Positions 63,538 to 64,000 of a stretch of DNA of 64,000 bases are shown here, one piece after another (within the stretch, counting starts at the first letter, position 1; every line of letters begins with the position of its first letter). Source of the DNA: Escherichia virus TH10. The DNA is taken from sequence record MT446388.1. One strand, written 5' to 3'. Both the position numbers and the translations under genes were made by a program. The notes beneath the pieces are model-generated. The model did not search any database, was not told the origin of the DNA, and worked only from the letters and a program-made list of their open reading frames with translations.

Positions 63538-64000
63538 ATGTCTAAAGTTGTTAAAATGAAAGCTCCGGTAGAGAAGTACAACGGTACTGAACGTCAAACT
63601 CTGCGTTACCTTCTGAAAGATGTCTGGTTTTATTACCTGAACACTTCACCACGTCCGGGAAAAGGTAAGTCCATTGATAAGAAATTCCCAGGCAAAGACT
63701 GTAACTACAGCGTTTCAATTCTGGCAGAAGATGGTAACAAGCTGTTTAAAGAGTTTACTAAGTCTAAGAAAAACCCAGAAGGTTGGGATAAAGTTACTAC
63801 TGAAGCAGTTGATGCAGATGACTTCGAAGAGAAGTTTGGTTGTAAACCACCTTTTGAAGCAGACACTTACTACATCTTGAAAGTAAGTCGTGCAGCAGCT
63901 TATAAAGACGGTGCTGTGTGGACAGCTAAACAGTCATTCCCTGTGATGCTGATTGAAGAAGTAAATGGTAAGCGTGTAGCTGTTAAACAGCCGATGAAGA
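63538..64000 (+). CDS. hypothetical protein, 3' end truncated by window
   Basis: ATG after GAGGT RBS, open to the last base (at least 154 codons); missing from ORF track because no stop is in the window. Confidence 0.6.
   Translation, partial: MSKVVKMKAPVEKYNGTERQTLRYLLKDVWFYYLNTSPRPGKGKSIDKKFPGKDCNYSVSILAEDGNKLFKEFTKSKKNPEGWDKVTTEAVDADDFEEKFGCKPPFEADTYYILKVSRAAAYKDGAVWTAKQSFPVMLIEEVNGKRVAVKQPMK

Overview
This window looks like part of a large, AT-rich, virulent tailed-phage genome with a myovirus-type structural module (sheath/tube/tape-measure/P2-like baseplate order); host not determinable from sequence. All coordinates were indexed by hand and may be off by a few nt; tRNA isotypes were folded by eye. 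Content in order: (1) 1-5860, + strand: 14 small early ORFs, each preceded by a conserved leader cassette (sigma70-like promoter and/or one of two stem-loop families plus an invariant GGAG RBS). (2) 5930-7520: a 1.6-kb ORF-free region packed with short iterated motifs (TGTTAAG-like and CTATARAG-like), bounded by convergent terminators. (3) 7560-15745, - strand: about 18 genes of mostly unknown function, including a T4-lysozyme-like endolysin and an upstream gene with three tandem Ig-like repeats. (4) 15974-23510: a vWA-domain protein with Ro60-like architecture, then an array of about 27 tRNA genes interspersed with an HNH endonuclease, a membrane-protein gene and repeated structured non-coding elements. 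One of these elements is a circularly permuted tRNA-like module closed by a long terminal helix, i.e. a Y-RNA-like candidate; together with the Ro60-like gene this is the most interesting candidate system in the window. (5) 23733-47445, + strand: terminase, portal, S49 protease/scaffold, capsid, sheath, tube, tape measure, baseplate and two HxH-repeat tail fibers. (6) 47484-58608, - strand: thymidylate synthase, DHFR, ATP-dependent DNA ligase, a lipoprotein, an HNH-AP2 endonuclease and a family A DNA polymerase, with two CA-rich repeat regions flanking a two-gene cassette. (7) 58836-64000, + strand: dNMP kinase, T7 gp4-like primase-helicase and a CDS truncated by the window end.
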